DNA from: a virus
Strand: one strand, 5' to 3'
DNA length: 64,000 nucleotides
Virus record (IMG/VR): IMGVR_UViG_3300045988_142718
Shown here: positions 19,625 through 28,931 of the stretch, one piece after another
Layout: each line of letters opens with the position of its first letter
How positions within the stretch are numbered: the first letter of the stretch is position 1
Notes under the pieces: generated by a model
Seen by the model: only the letters and a program-made list of their open reading frames with translations
Database searches by the model: none
Told to the model about the DNA's origin: nothing
Made by a program: the position numbers and the translations under genes

Positions 19625-20272
19625 TTATCCCCATGTTTCTTTCATATCTTCGATAGCTTCATGAATTTCCTTGTTAAGCGTAGAGATATATTTAATGTAA
19701 AGCTTAGTCCTGGGCAATTCGAAGAAATCTAATAAAGAGCTAGTTGTAAGCCTGGGTTTAGATTCTTCACTGTAAAAGAAAGGAGGAGGACTCATCTGTA
19801 ATTGAAATAACAGATAAGCATCAGCAGAAAGGTTAGCTCTCATAAATTCATGGATCTCAGATATCCTTTCTTGTTTAACCCTTTCATCTTCTGATAAATC
19901 AGATAAATCTTCTTTTGCTCCTTCAAAGCAATCTTCGAAAGAAGCAATAGCAACATTAAAATCCAAAGATTGTTTGGAATAAGCATTGATTAATAATCGA
20001 GTCTTATATAATTGAAGAGAGCTAATGATGGTAGCCTTAAATTTTTCTGGGTTCTCAGTACTCAGATTATAATACTTCCGAAATACATAAAGTAACTTGT
20101 CATAAAAATATGAGATTATTATATCTCTTGAAACATTGAATCTTCTTGGGTCAATGTTTTTAGCTAACTTCCTAATCAAAGGTGTCATGCTCTTATAATA
20201 AAAATTGAAGAGTTCGACATCATATTCTTCGGGTAATTCTTTCAGCCTATTGATTTCACCTTCTGCAATCAT
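19625..20272 (-). CDS. Hypothetical regulator, weakly sigma-factor-like
   Basis: It is the only minus-strand gene in the first 63 kb and has its own TATATTTGCA promoter. ELFNFYYKSMTPLIRKLAKNI...FKATIISSL loosely fits the sigma region 2 layout. Confidence 0.35.
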   Translation of the reverse strand: MIAEGEINRLKELPEEYDVELFNFYYKSMTPLIRKLAKNIDPRRFNVSRDIIISYFYDKLLYVFRKYYNLSTENPEKFKATIISSLQLYKTRLLINAYSKQSLDFNVAIASFEDCFEGAKEDLSDLSEDERVKQERISEIHEFMRANLSADAYLLFQLQMSPPPFFYSEESKPRLTTSSLLDFFELPRTKLYIKYISTLNKEIHEAIEDMKETWG

Positions 20273-20281
20273 AATTCCGTT

Positions 20282-20309
20282 GTTTTAAATAAATGTTTAT
20301 GCAAATATA
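20282..20309. repeat. Left arm of a 28-bp perfect inverted repeat (partner 21916-21943)
   Basis: gttttaaataaatgtttatgcaaatata is the reverse complement of tatatttgcataaacatttatttaaaac. Confidence 0.9.
20300..20309 (-). promoter_or_regulatory. Bacteroidota-type -7 box TAnnTTTG (TATATTTGCA on the minus strand)
   Basis: tgcaaatata lies 27 nt upstream of the minus-strand ATG at 20272. Confidence 0.65.
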
Positions 20310-20452
20310 TAAATAATATTCTTTTATTATGAGCTCAGGGTAATAAAATTTAACCCTAATCAGGGAAGTAACTGATATATAAGGAGTTATAATTAGGATA
20401 ACCTAAGGAACAATTTACTACTATCAATTTTCAAAACAAACATATAGATAAC

Positions 20453-21904
20453 ATGGCAAAGAAAGATAAGAACAAATTTGCTTTCGGAACAGACTTTCAG
20501 CAAGAGATATTACATTATATCATAAAAGATAAAAATGGTATCCTTGCGTTGAACCAGGTCAAGGATTCCTATTTTACTCTCATCAATCATCAAGTTATTG
20601 CAAAAGCATTAGCTAAGCTTTCCAAAAAGAATAAACGAATCCCTAAAAATGCTTCAGTACTTAATCAGGAGATACAGGATTTACTTTCTGTGAAAGGGAT
20701 TGCAGATTTAGTTACTAAGGATGATTTGGTTGAGATTAAACATACAGTAGAAAAACTTTATTCAGAGCCTTTATTGGATGGAGAGGATATCCGAGAAAAG
20801 GTTTTGAAATTTTCTGTGTTTGTTCAAATGAAGGATTTGAATGATAATTTCGATTTATCGGATTTTAATCAATATGATGAATATTCTAAGCGTATTGCTA
20901 AACTTCTTTCAAGGACAAAGGAAAGAAAAGATCAACCATTATACTTGGTTAAAGATGTGGTAGAACGTCAATTTGTGAGACAATCTGATCCTATGGTATT
21001 ACCTACCCCATTTAGGCAATTGAATCACTTAGCAAATGGTGGAGGATTCCCAAAAGGTTCAATCATTGTTGCATTGGATAAATCGAAAGCAACCAAAACT
21101 TTCACATTGGTTAATGTTGCGAGAAGTTATTTAAAAATGCAAAAGGTTGTTCTTTATATAGATATGGAAAATGGAGCCAGTGAAATTATGACTCGTATGG
21201 AACAATCAACGTTGAACAGAAGTAAAAATGATTTGTTGTCTGGTGATGTGGATAAACTGGAACAAAAACATTTAAGAAAATATCGAAGACTGGGTTCAGA
21301 ATTCATCGTAAAAAAATTACCCGCAAATGTTGGGACAGTTTCTGATATTGCTTCAACAATCGATGAAATATACAATGATACTGGGATGAAGGTTAATGTA
21401 TTGGTAATCGACTTCATGGGGAAGATGGGATCATTAGGAAAACATGAAGATGATTTTAATCGTATATCCAATGTATACATAGAGGTTGGTAACCTTGTAA
21501 TGGAAAAAGATATTGATATCGTATGGACTGCTCAACATGTTACTCGTCAAGGAGAAGTAAGAAGAGAAACAAGGTATGAAGAATCCGATATAGCAAAATG
21601 TATGGACATCTCTCGTACTGCTTCATTTGTTTTTGGGTTAAACTCTACTCAAGAAGAAAGAGAACATGGAGTTCAAAGATGGGAAACAGTAGTTGCAAGG
21701 GATGCTCCTTCTTGGGGAAGGTGTTTATTTAACATTGACCTGGAAAAACAGAGATTCCAGGAATTCACAGTTGCTCAGAGAAAAGCATACGATGAAAAGG
21801 TTGCTCCCAATTTAGACAAGCAACTAAAATCTTCAAACTCATTCAAGAAAAGGGATAAGCCAGTAGCTGACCCAGAAAAAATGAAAAAAGCAAAAGATAT
21901 ATAA
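20453..21904 (+). CDS. dnaB: DnaB-family replicative helicase (atypical P-loop)
   Basis: It has a DnaB-like N-domain. LNHLANGGGFPKGSIIVALDKSKATKTF aligns to the DnaB Walker A region. VLVIDFMG is Walker B-like and TAQHVTRQG is motif H4-like. Confidence 0.65.
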   Translation: MAKKDKNKFAFGTDFQQEILHYIIKDKNGILALNQVKDSYFTLINHQVIAKALAKLSKKNKRIPKNASVLNQEIQDLLSVKGIADLVTKDDLVEIKHTVEKLYSEPLLDGEDIREKVLKFSVFVQMKDLNDNFDLSDFNQYDEYSKRIAKLLSRTKERKDQPLYLVKDVVERQFVRQSDPMVLPTPFRQLNHLANGGGFPKGSIIVALDKSKATKTFTLVNVARSYLKMQKVVLYIDMENGASEIMTRMEQSTLNRSKNDLLSGDVDKLEQKHLRKYRRLGSEFIVKKLPANVGTVSDIASTIDEIYNDTGMKVNVLVIDFMGKMGSLGKHEDDFNRISNVYIEVGNLVMEKDIDIVWTAQHVTRQGEVRRETRYEESDIAKCMDISRTASFVFGLNSTQEEREHGVQRWETVVARDAPSWGRCLFNIDLEKQRFQEFTVAQRKAYDEKVAPNLDKQLKSSNSFKKRDKPVADPEKMKKAKDI

Positions 21905-21915
21905 TATATAATATG

Positions 21916-21925
21916 TATATTTGCA
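21916..21925 (+). promoter_or_regulatory. -7 box TATATTTGCA
   Basis: 33 nt upstream of the ATG at 21959. Confidence 0.65.
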
Positions 21926-21943
21926 TAAACATTTATTTAAAAC
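21916..21943. repeat. Right arm of the 28-bp perfect inverted repeat
   Basis: See 20282-20309. Confidence 0.9.
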
Positions 21944-21958
21944 TTAAAATTTAAAACT

Positions 21959-22330
21959 ATGGTAACAACTTGTTCAATTTGCGGTACTACAGAAGCAGTA
22001 GATCCTGGGGAATTCAATAAATGCCTTTTACGAGATATCATGGAAGAAAGGAAATGTTGCTTTCATTGTGCTTTTTGGATTAATCATCTGGGTTTATATA
22101 AGGATGACCCAAAATGGTTGGTTATTGATGGAGCTTCTTGGATAGTATGTCCTTACGTACCCGCTTCTGAGAGAGGACGTAGTTTCATGGGATGTGGAGG
22201 AAGAGAAATGAAAGCTATCACAGAAGATGGTAGAGAATTTTTCTCCAACAATTGGTGGCATCAGGGAGACATCCCAGAGAGGTTTTTAAAACTCATCGAT
22301 AAATCTCACTTTGCTAAATGGGTTAGGTAA
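21959..22330 (+). CDS. Hypothetical Cys-rich protein
   Basis: CSICGT...CCFHCAFW. A promoter box lies 33 nt upstream and the primase gene follows. Confidence 0.6.
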   Translation: MVTTCSICGTTEAVDPGEFNKCLLRDIMEERKCCFHCAFWINHLGLYKDDPKWLVIDGASWIVCPYVPASERGRSFMGCGGREMKAITEDGREFFSNNWWHQGDIPERFLKLIDKSHFAKWVR

Positions 22331-22332
22331 TC

Positions 22333-23289
22333 ATGTATAATAAAAATTTCAGGTCATTATTGGGTGCTTACTTCTTAGCTCATGGATTTGAAGATTATAG
22401 AAGGGGTTGGTTAAAGGGTCCATACTTTAGCTGCCCCTTCTGTGGTAGAGAGGGTAAGCTTGGAGTAAATCCTTCAACAGATTTCTATCATTGTTTTCGA
22501 TGTAACTCTAAAGGAAATCTCCTCGATTTAGTTTTAATTCTAGAGCGATTAGAAACCTTTAATGAAGGATTAAAAGTATTAGAACAGTATAAGGATTCTG
22601 GATATCGAATAAAGGAAGAAAGGGTAGAGCTAAAGCAATTAGCCCCTATGATTCTCCCAGAAGGTTTCAGATTACTTAATCAAGGAACTTCCCAAATAGC
22701 TAAGTCAGCAAGAGCTTATATAAAGGGTAGAGGATTTGATCCCAACCAATTATCCAAATTAGGTTGGGGATACTCCACAGATGAAAAACATTTCGGATAT
22801 CTGATTATCCCATATTATAAGGATCACAAGATTATATATTATAATGCAAGGAATTTTCTTTCAACTGGACCAAGATATTTAAATCCAGATATCGAAGAAT
22901 CCTCTTTAGGTAAATCACAAATCCTATATAATGAAGAGGCTCTTTATATGTATAAATCTGTTTATCTTTGTGAAGGAGTTTTTAATGCTATTACACTTTC
23001 TCAAAATAGGGGAATCTGTACTGCGGGTAAATTTGTTTCATCCTACCAAGAAAACAAAATTATCAAATCTCCAGTAGAAAGGATTATCCTATGCTTAGAT
23101 GGAGATGCAATAGAACAAGCAATTCAATTAGCACTTAAATTATGCTTATACAAACAAGTCAAGCTAGTTATTTTCCCAAAAGATAAGGATGCTAATGATC
23201 TTGGATTAAGGAAATCTTTGCATCTAATATATAATACAAAATATATGAATTACCAAGAATTAATTCAACTAAAACATGAACTCACATAA
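22333..23289 (+). CDS. dnaG: DNA primase (DnaG-like, zinc finger plus TOPRIM)
   Basis: CHC2 zinc finger CPFCGREGKLGVNPSTDFYHCFRCNSKG. TOPRIM residues in LCEGVFNA and LCLDGDAIE. Confidence 0.85.
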   Translation: MYNKNFRSLLGAYFLAHGFEDYRRGWLKGPYFSCPFCGREGKLGVNPSTDFYHCFRCNSKGNLLDLVLILERLETFNEGLKVLEQYKDSGYRIKEERVELKQLAPMILPEGFRLLNQGTSQIAKSARAYIKGRGFDPNQLSKLGWGYSTDEKHFGYLIIPYYKDHKIIYYNARNFLSTGPRYLNPDIEESSLGKSQILYNEEALYMYKSVYLCEGVFNAITLSQNRGICTAGKFVSSYQENKIIKSPVERIILCLDGDAIEQAIQLALKLCLYKQVKLVIFPKDKDANDLGLRKSLHLIYNTKYMNYQELIQLKHELT

Positions 23290-23290
23290 A

Positions 23291-23449
23291 ATGAATAAAG
23301 GTATGGAAATATTACAGAATCTTTGGAGATGTTTAAAGTCTGACCCTGATACATTATCAGATGAAGATTATTTTACTTATTATGCTCCTGTTGCATGTTT
23401 AGGTATGATTGGATTTATATCGTTTACCATAATATTGCTTATGTTCTAA
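23291..23449 (+). CDS. Small membrane protein (52 aa, absent from the ORF track)
   Basis: MNKGMEILQNLW...ACLGMIGFISFTIILLMF has a C-terminal TM helix. Its stop overlaps the next start (TAATG). Confidence 0.4.
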   Translation: MNKGMEILQNLWRCLKSDPDTLSDEDYFTYYAPVACLGMIGFISFTIILLMF

Positions 23450-24267
23450 TGAGAGATCCAAGTATACACATAAAAGAATCTGACTTAATCGAGCTTCTCA
23501 AGGATTATATCCCTAAAGGTAAAGTCCTTGAGATTACAAAAAAAGCTAAGAAGTATGCTTGCATCAAAAGGTCAATGGTTGCTACAAATCAAAAACAAAG
23601 GAAGGTAGTAAATACATTATTATCTTCGGATAAAGAGGATGCAAGCTTAGTTGCTCAGATTATTCAAATGTTACGAATAAAACAGGGTCATACTGGAGTA
23701 CGAAAGATTAAAGAAAATGGAAGAGAATGGCCTCAGATAAAGGAATTAACGAATGCTTGCAATAGCTTCTGTGAAGTAAATAACCTGGATAAAAAAGAAG
23801 GTTATGTAAAATACTTAGAGATTGCGTTCAAACATATCAAATCCTTTTATGGGTATCTCTCGAAACTTATTAATCTCTATGATAAGGTAATCGAAGAGTA
23901 TAGGGTTACTCAAGAATTATCGAATATAGATACCAATGATGCTATTGAGATGCACTCTGCATATGTTTCAATGATTGCTAGTAAAACGGGATTACAAGAA
24001 ACATATTTGGATGATCCAGTTAAACTTAATTACTTTGCAAAAGCTGCAACAGAAGCAAAAAATTTAGGTTGTGATTATGATACCTGGATAGAAGCTCAAT
24101 TTGATGCTCTATCATTTTGTAATGGGATTCCCTTACCAGAACAACTGTTTGGGATGAAAGCTAAGGAAAGGTTAATGAAATACCTATATAAATATAACAT
24201 ATCATTGGATAATAATCCCAACTCTCAACCTAAGAATTCAGATTGGGATCAAATATTAAACTCATGA
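23449..24267 (+). CDS. Hypothetical protein
   Basis: The start is trimmed to the ATG coupled to the upstream small ORF. The track start was 23395. Confidence 0.55.
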   Translation: MRDPSIHIKESDLIELLKDYIPKGKVLEITKKAKKYACIKRSMVATNQKQRKVVNTLLSSDKEDASLVAQIIQMLRIKQGHTGVRKIKENGREWPQIKELTNACNSFCEVNNLDKKEGYVKYLEIAFKHIKSFYGYLSKLINLYDKVIEEYRVTQELSNIDTNDAIEMHSAYVSMIASKTGLQETYLDDPVKLNYFAKAATEAKNLGCDYDTWIEAQFDALSFCNGIPLPEQLFGMKAKERLMKYLYKYNISLDNNPNSQPKNSDWDQILNS

Positions 24268-25724
24268 ACACAGTTAAAATTACATTGACAGGAAATAAGG
24301 GGACTCTATCTGGGCCCCCTGTTTTGTTGAAAAAGGTCTATGATAGGCTTCGGATCAAACATCCTAATGCTTGGTATTTAATGCAAAGAACCCGGGGTAA
24401 ATGGGATGGGTATGTAAAATACCTCTCAGATTATGGGGACTTCCAAATAGGATTATTAAATCACATCTGTAAGCAATTAAAGGAATTAGATTCATCAGTA
24501 AAAATTATAATTCAAGATAACAGGTTAAAGTTACCAATTAAACCAAAGATGGTAACTAGATTAGGCAATTATCAATTAAGAGATATACAAAAAGATGTAA
24601 TCAAAAGCTTTATTAATAATTCTGTTGAGGGCCATCCTTTTTATATAGGTGTAATCAATGCAGCAACCAATAGCGGAAAAACACTTATCATGTCTGCTAT
24701 ACATGAGTGTTTTCAAAGGAAGTTGAGAACTTTAGTGATTATTAATAATTCCCAAATCTTTGCTCAAGCCAAAAAAGAATACAGGGAATATTTGCCTGGT
24801 GAAGATATTCAATTTATTCAAGGCAAAAATCTGAAATTTGGAAATTTCAATGTTGGGATGGTTCAAACAATGTCTCAGAAAATTAAAGAGATTCGAAATG
24901 AATTATCCAAGATTGATATTGTTTTGGTTGATGAAGCTGATGTTGCTGATAATAAACAATTCAAAACTGTGTTAAGTTATCTCTATAATGTTCGAATAAG
25001 ATTGGGATTATCCGGGAGTATTTATATGTCCAAATTAAAAAAGGACCTTATTCATAATATGAACCTTCGAAGTTTCTTTGGTGATGAGATCCATATTATT
25101 ACCAAACAAGATATGGTAAAGAAAGGATATTCTACACCGGTGATAATTAAGATCACAGAGGGAAACTCACATAATCCTCATTTAGTAGCGGATGGATGGC
25201 TCGATACATTTAAAAAGGCAGTTATAGAAGATCCAGTAGCAAAAAAGAAATCAGCTGAAAGAGTTTTATATAATATTAAATATAATCGACTACCAGCAAT
25301 TGTTGTTACTCGATTTATTGAACATGCGGAAAGTTTATATAAATATTATACTAATCACCCAGAACTCAAGGATTATAATATAAGGGTAATCGATCACACA
25401 TCGAAAAACCGAGAATCCATAATTAACCAATTTGCTCAGGGAAAAATCGATGTATTAATCACCACCTATATTATAAAGCGAGGTATAAATTTACCTTTAG
25501 CTGTTTATTTACAGAATGCAGCTGGCTCAGATTCAGAGGAAGATATTTCCCAAATCTGTGGTCGTATGGAAAGAACATTTAAAGGTAAAAAGAAATCCTA
25601 TCTCGATGATATGTATTATTATGGGCAATATTTAGAACGGCATAGTAAACATCGTATCAATTATTATATAAGGACTGGAATGAAAGTTATTAATCTTAAA
25701 AAGAAACGAAATGGAAAGCTATGA
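24264..25724 (+). CDS. SF2 DEAD/DEAH-box helicase (UvsW / type III Res-like)
   Basis: Motifs AATNSGKT (I), VLVDEADV (II), GLSGS (III) and QICGRMER (VI). The ATGA-coupled start at 24264 is preferred over 24243. Confidence 0.85.
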   Translation: MNTVKITLTGNKGTLSGPPVLLKKVYDRLRIKHPNAWYLMQRTRGKWDGYVKYLSDYGDFQIGLLNHICKQLKELDSSVKIIIQDNRLKLPIKPKMVTRLGNYQLRDIQKDVIKSFINNSVEGHPFYIGVINAATNSGKTLIMSAIHECFQRKLRTLVIINNSQIFAQAKKEYREYLPGEDIQFIQGKNLKFGNFNVGMVQTMSQKIKEIRNELSKIDIVLVDEADVADNKQFKTVLSYLYNVRIRLGLSGSIYMSKLKKDLIHNMNLRSFFGDEIHIITKQDMVKKGYSTPVIIKITEGNSHNPHLVADGWLDTFKKAVIEDPVAKKKSAERVLYNIKYNRLPAIVVTRFIEHAESLYKYYTNHPELKDYNIRVIDHTSKNRESIINQFAQGKIDVLITTYIIKRGINLPLAVYLQNAAGSDSEEDISQICGRMERTFKGKKKSYLDDMYYYGQYLERHSKHRINYYIRTGMKVINLKKKRNGKL

Positions 25725-26024
25725 TTGGGATTGGGAGGATGATGAAGATATCCCAGATTATGAAGAGGATGATTCTTTTGAGATACCTTAATTTTTCTGA
25801 GAAAACTAACTAAGCAAAAAAGCTAAGCTTTAAATAAGTTTAGGTTTTTAGGTTAGTTTTGGGGGGAAGGAAAAGAAGATATAGATAAAGAATATCAGAA
25901 TAGAAAGATAGAAATTCTCAATATAAAGAAAATAGGATATCAAATATCAAGGATTAAGGATATAAGGATATCCTATTATCATTTATAAAGGAAATTACAT
26001 AATGTAATAAAGCATTAAATAAAT

Positions 26025-26498
26025 ATGATACAAACATTAACACTTTCAAGTAGGAATACTGGAGATTATTTTTTATCTTCAGATGGTCTCCAATTATATC
26101 ATCGAGAAAGGGACCTAATTAATTTAAATCTGTATGATGATTGCTTTGGGTGTGTATTTTATATTCCTTCAAATAGGCAATCCTGTTTTAAATGTGAAAA
26201 ACTCCCTGATGTAGAATGTTTAGCTCAATCTAATTTTCAAATGGTTGATGTATATTATTCGTTTATGATTTTATATGAAAACTTAGAATCAGCTGGGTTG
26301 AAGATGTATACCAGTTTGAATGAGATACAAAATATGCTTTCAGAGGATATTCAAAGTCTATTTATATCTGCGTACAATACATTGCTCACTAAAGATATAC
26401 TTAGAATTCTTAAAAAGCCTTTAAATAAGGGATATGAATTAGAGTTATCAGTAAGAAATGATGAATTAATGATTAAATATACATGGAAACAGAATTAG
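26025..26498 (+). CDS. Hypothetical Cys-rich protein
   Basis: Contains DDCFGCVFYIPSNRQSCFKCEK. It shares DDCFG with the ORF at 26823. Confidence 0.55.
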   Translation: MIQTLTLSSRNTGDYFLSSDGLQLYHRERDLINLNLYDDCFGCVFYIPSNRQSCFKCEKLPDVECLAQSNFQMVDVYYSFMILYENLESAGLKMYTSLNEIQNMLSEDIQSLFISAYNTLLTKDILRILKKPLNKGYELELSVRNDELMIKYTWKQN

Positions 26499-26839
26499 AA
26501 AAACTTGAAAAACAGAGAAAAGACCTTTTCAACGAACTGGATTTGTTAAGGGAATTTGAAACAGAATCAATGATTGATTATAATGAGCCTATTGATTGTA
26601 AAGCTGATCAGGAGCTTAGTTTGGTTCCTCGAGGTGCTTGCAAATATTGCACCTTACATTGTGATCAATGCTCTTTGAGATGTAACAGATTCCTTCAATA
26701 TTATAATAGGAATAAGCTTATCTTTTCTAATAATCTGTTCAAGGTTAATCCCAAGTATGAACAGAAGATTAAGGAACAGGTTATTTCTATAGATAAGAAA
26801 ATCAAAATAATCGAATATAACAATGGCAAAGAAGAATAA
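26483..26839 (+). CDS. Hypothetical protein, coiled coil plus Cys cluster
   Basis: Contains CKYCTLHCDQCSLRCNRF. Confidence 0.55.
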   Translation: METELEKLEKQRKDLFNELDLLREFETESMIDYNEPIDCKADQELSLVPRGACKYCTLHCDQCSLRCNRFLQYYNRNKLIFSNNLFKVNPKYEQKIKEQVISIDKKIKIIEYNNGKEE

Positions 26840-27203
26840 ATTACCGGATATTAAAGGAGCTCAGGTTTTAGTTCCCACCAATGTATCAGAGATTATTGGT
26901 ACAAGAGATGATTGCTTTGGCAAAGAATATGACCTCTCTACATCAGAATGTAAAAGATGCGGAGACTCTGAGTTATGTGCAGTATGCTTTGCTCAGTTTA
27001 TGAATAAGACTCGCAAACAGGTAGAAGAAGAAAATACTTTCAAGGATATGGAAAGTATGGTTGATCCTAAACTTGTTGCTAAGTATATGCGGGGATTAAA
27101 AAGAAAAGGGTCAGAGAAAAAAGAAGTAATCCATGCTGCAATGGAAAAGTTTAATCTAGATAAGAAGACTACAAGAACCATTTATAAATCATTAAAGAAG
27201 TAA
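26823..27203 (+). CDS. Hypothetical zinc-ribbon-like protein
   Basis: Contains DDCFGKEYDLSTSECKRCGDSELCAVCF. Confidence 0.55.
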   Translation: MAKKNKLPDIKGAQVLVPTNVSEIIGTRDDCFGKEYDLSTSECKRCGDSELCAVCFAQFMNKTRKQVEEENTFKDMESMVDPKLVAKYMRGLKRKGSEKKEVIHAAMEKFNLDKKTTRTIYKSLKK

Positions 27204-27205
27204 CC

Positions 27206-28036
27206 ATGGATAGTAGAAACATTAAAGAACCTACTCCTCAAATAGAGGGTGGAAAACATTTGGAGAAAATCTATGATCTCCAAAAAGAATTATTGGATTC
27301 TTACATTAAGATCGAAGGATTGCCTTCATATCCCATAGATGTAAATTCCAAAAAGAGCCAGATCATTCTAAAGGATTTTACTGGTAGGGTAATCGAAGAA
27401 CTTGGAGAGGGATATGAATCTATGCTCAAGGTTTTCAATAAGAGATTAGATTACATAAAGGATATGGATAACAAAGAAACATTCCTTTATATTAAAGCTG
27501 AAGCACAAAACCTAAATGAAGAACTAGCTGATGCTTTACACTTCTTCATGGAATTGCTTATCTACACAAATATTCATCCAGAAGATATTTACCAATACTG
27601 TAAAACAACAGCCAAGAATTTAGGGATTCCCTTATATGATTGCTGTTGCTTAAGACAGGTACTCAACTTTTCCAGAAACATGGTAATGGGATCAGAGATT
27701 GACCTACCCAATAAATCCCTTATCAAAATTGTCCATGAAGAAGATGAATGTATCCCAGTGGGATGGGAAACTAGTGAAGACTTTGTTAGAAGATGTGCAA
27801 TCCAATTATGGGATGTGACATATTCTTTATCTATTGCAAGGAATTGCCTTAAAAACAAGCCATGGAAACAATCCGGAGAATTAACAGATGAAAATCTGTA
27901 TCAGAATTTACTTTGTGAATCATTCGTAAAATTATGCGGATTTTACGCATTAATGGGTTATACAGATAAAACCCTATTTGCAGTATACTTCAAGAAAAAC
28001 ATGGTTAATAAATTTCGTATAGCAAGTCGTTATTGA
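27206..28036 (+). CDS. All-alpha NTP pyrophosphohydrolase (MazG / dimeric dUTPase-dCTPase-like)
   Basis: IEELGEGYES and NEELADALHFFMELLIY form an EExxE...EExxD pair. NKPWKQ lies in the C-terminal half. Confidence 0.6.
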   Translation: MDSRNIKEPTPQIEGGKHLEKIYDLQKELLDSYIKIEGLPSYPIDVNSKKSQIILKDFTGRVIEELGEGYESMLKVFNKRLDYIKDMDNKETFLYIKAEAQNLNEELADALHFFMELLIYTNIHPEDIYQYCKTTAKNLGIPLYDCCCLRQVLNFSRNMVMGSEIDLPNKSLIKIVHEEDECIPVGWETSEDFVRRCAIQLWDVTYSLSIARNCLKNKPWKQSGELTDENLYQNLLCESFVKLCGFYALMGYTDKTLFAVYFKKNMVNKFRIASRY

Positions 28037-28037
28037 T

Positions 28038-28931
28038 ATGGATACAATCAATAAGCAATTAAAAGTAAGGCAAGTATTTTATCCTACCTCCCAAGCTGCT
28101 TGGGAGGGTATTAATGAAATATTTATTAAAGGGGATCCAATTCTTTTTACTGAAGGTGAAGGAGGAAGGATCTCCTCCTCTGCGATTTATGCCTATAATG
28201 TTGTTGTTAATATTAGGAAAGCTTGGATGGACCCAGAATTTGATTTTGGTAAGCTTTTCAATTATCAGAAAACCAAATGGAATCTTCTTTTGAATAATTA
28301 TGTAAACTTTAATCAGTTGGACCTAATGAGATCTCAAGTTAGGTCTACTGAATTAAAGAGAAGCCATTACAATTATTCATTCGACTTTGATAATACACAT
28401 TCTAATGGGAAAGGTTGTTTAATAGCAGCTTCTTTTTGTAGAAGAGATGATTTGGATATTCCAATTATAATTGCAAACTTAAGATCTTCGGAGATTACAA
28501 AGAGATTGGCATTTGACCTTTTATTATTACAGAGATTGGGAGAATATGTATATGGAGAGGACCAAACATTTATGATTCAATTAAACTGTAATCAGATGTA
28601 TGCTGCCTTAGAAACCTTAATAATGTATGATACTCATAAATCGATAAAGAAAGTCACCAAGGGACTCGATTCTGTTTGGATTCAAAAGGTCCTTAAGATG
28701 TTGAAGTTCTTTAAAACTTGTGATGAAAAGGATGTAAAATATAAAGTATATCGAAGAACATTAGCTTGCATACAACCAGGAAAAGTTCCCGGAAAGAAAG
28801 AGATAACCCTTTGTGCTAAGGATTTGCTATTAGGATATGACGATATTCCATACCCGGAATCCTGTATTTCATATACAGCTCGTCAGGCATTTAAAAAGAA
28901 ATATTTAAAACAAAAGGAGGATAAGAAATGA
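28038..28931 (+). CDS. Divergent thymidylate-synthase-fold paralog
   Basis: GKGCLIAASF...IIIANLRSSEITKRLAFDLLLLQRL aligns by eye to TS PCHxxxQF...YQRSxDxxLGxPFNIxxYxLL. Confidence 0.45.
   Translation: MDTINKQLKVRQVFYPTSQAAWEGINEIFIKGDPILFTEGEGGRISSSAIYAYNVVVNIRKAWMDPEFDFGKLFNYQKTKWNLLLNNYVNFNQLDLMRSQVRSTELKRSHYNYSFDFDNTHSNGKGCLIAASFCRRDDLDIPIIIANLRSSEITKRLAFDLLLLQRLGEYVYGEDQTFMIQLNCNQMYAALETLIMYDTHKSIKKVTKGLDSVWIQKVLKMLKFFKTCDEKDVKYKVYRRTLACIQPGKVPGKKEITLCAKDLLLGYDDIPYPESCISYTARQAFKKKYLKQKEDKK

Noticed and set aside
25711-25791. 26-codon acidic mini-ORF (MESYDWDWEDDEDIPDYEEDDSFEIP) overlapping the helicase stop, reminiscent of SSB C-terminal tips.
   Set aside because: It is too short, and no independent expression signals are visible. 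It could only be assessed by ribosome profiling or conservation analysis, so it was not called.
25802-25860. Hairpin aaaactaac / gttagtttt with a 41-nt loop after the SF2 helicase gene, considered as a terminator.
   Set aside because: It is followed by a G-run instead of a T-run and has a long, partly structured loop, so it was not called as a terminator.
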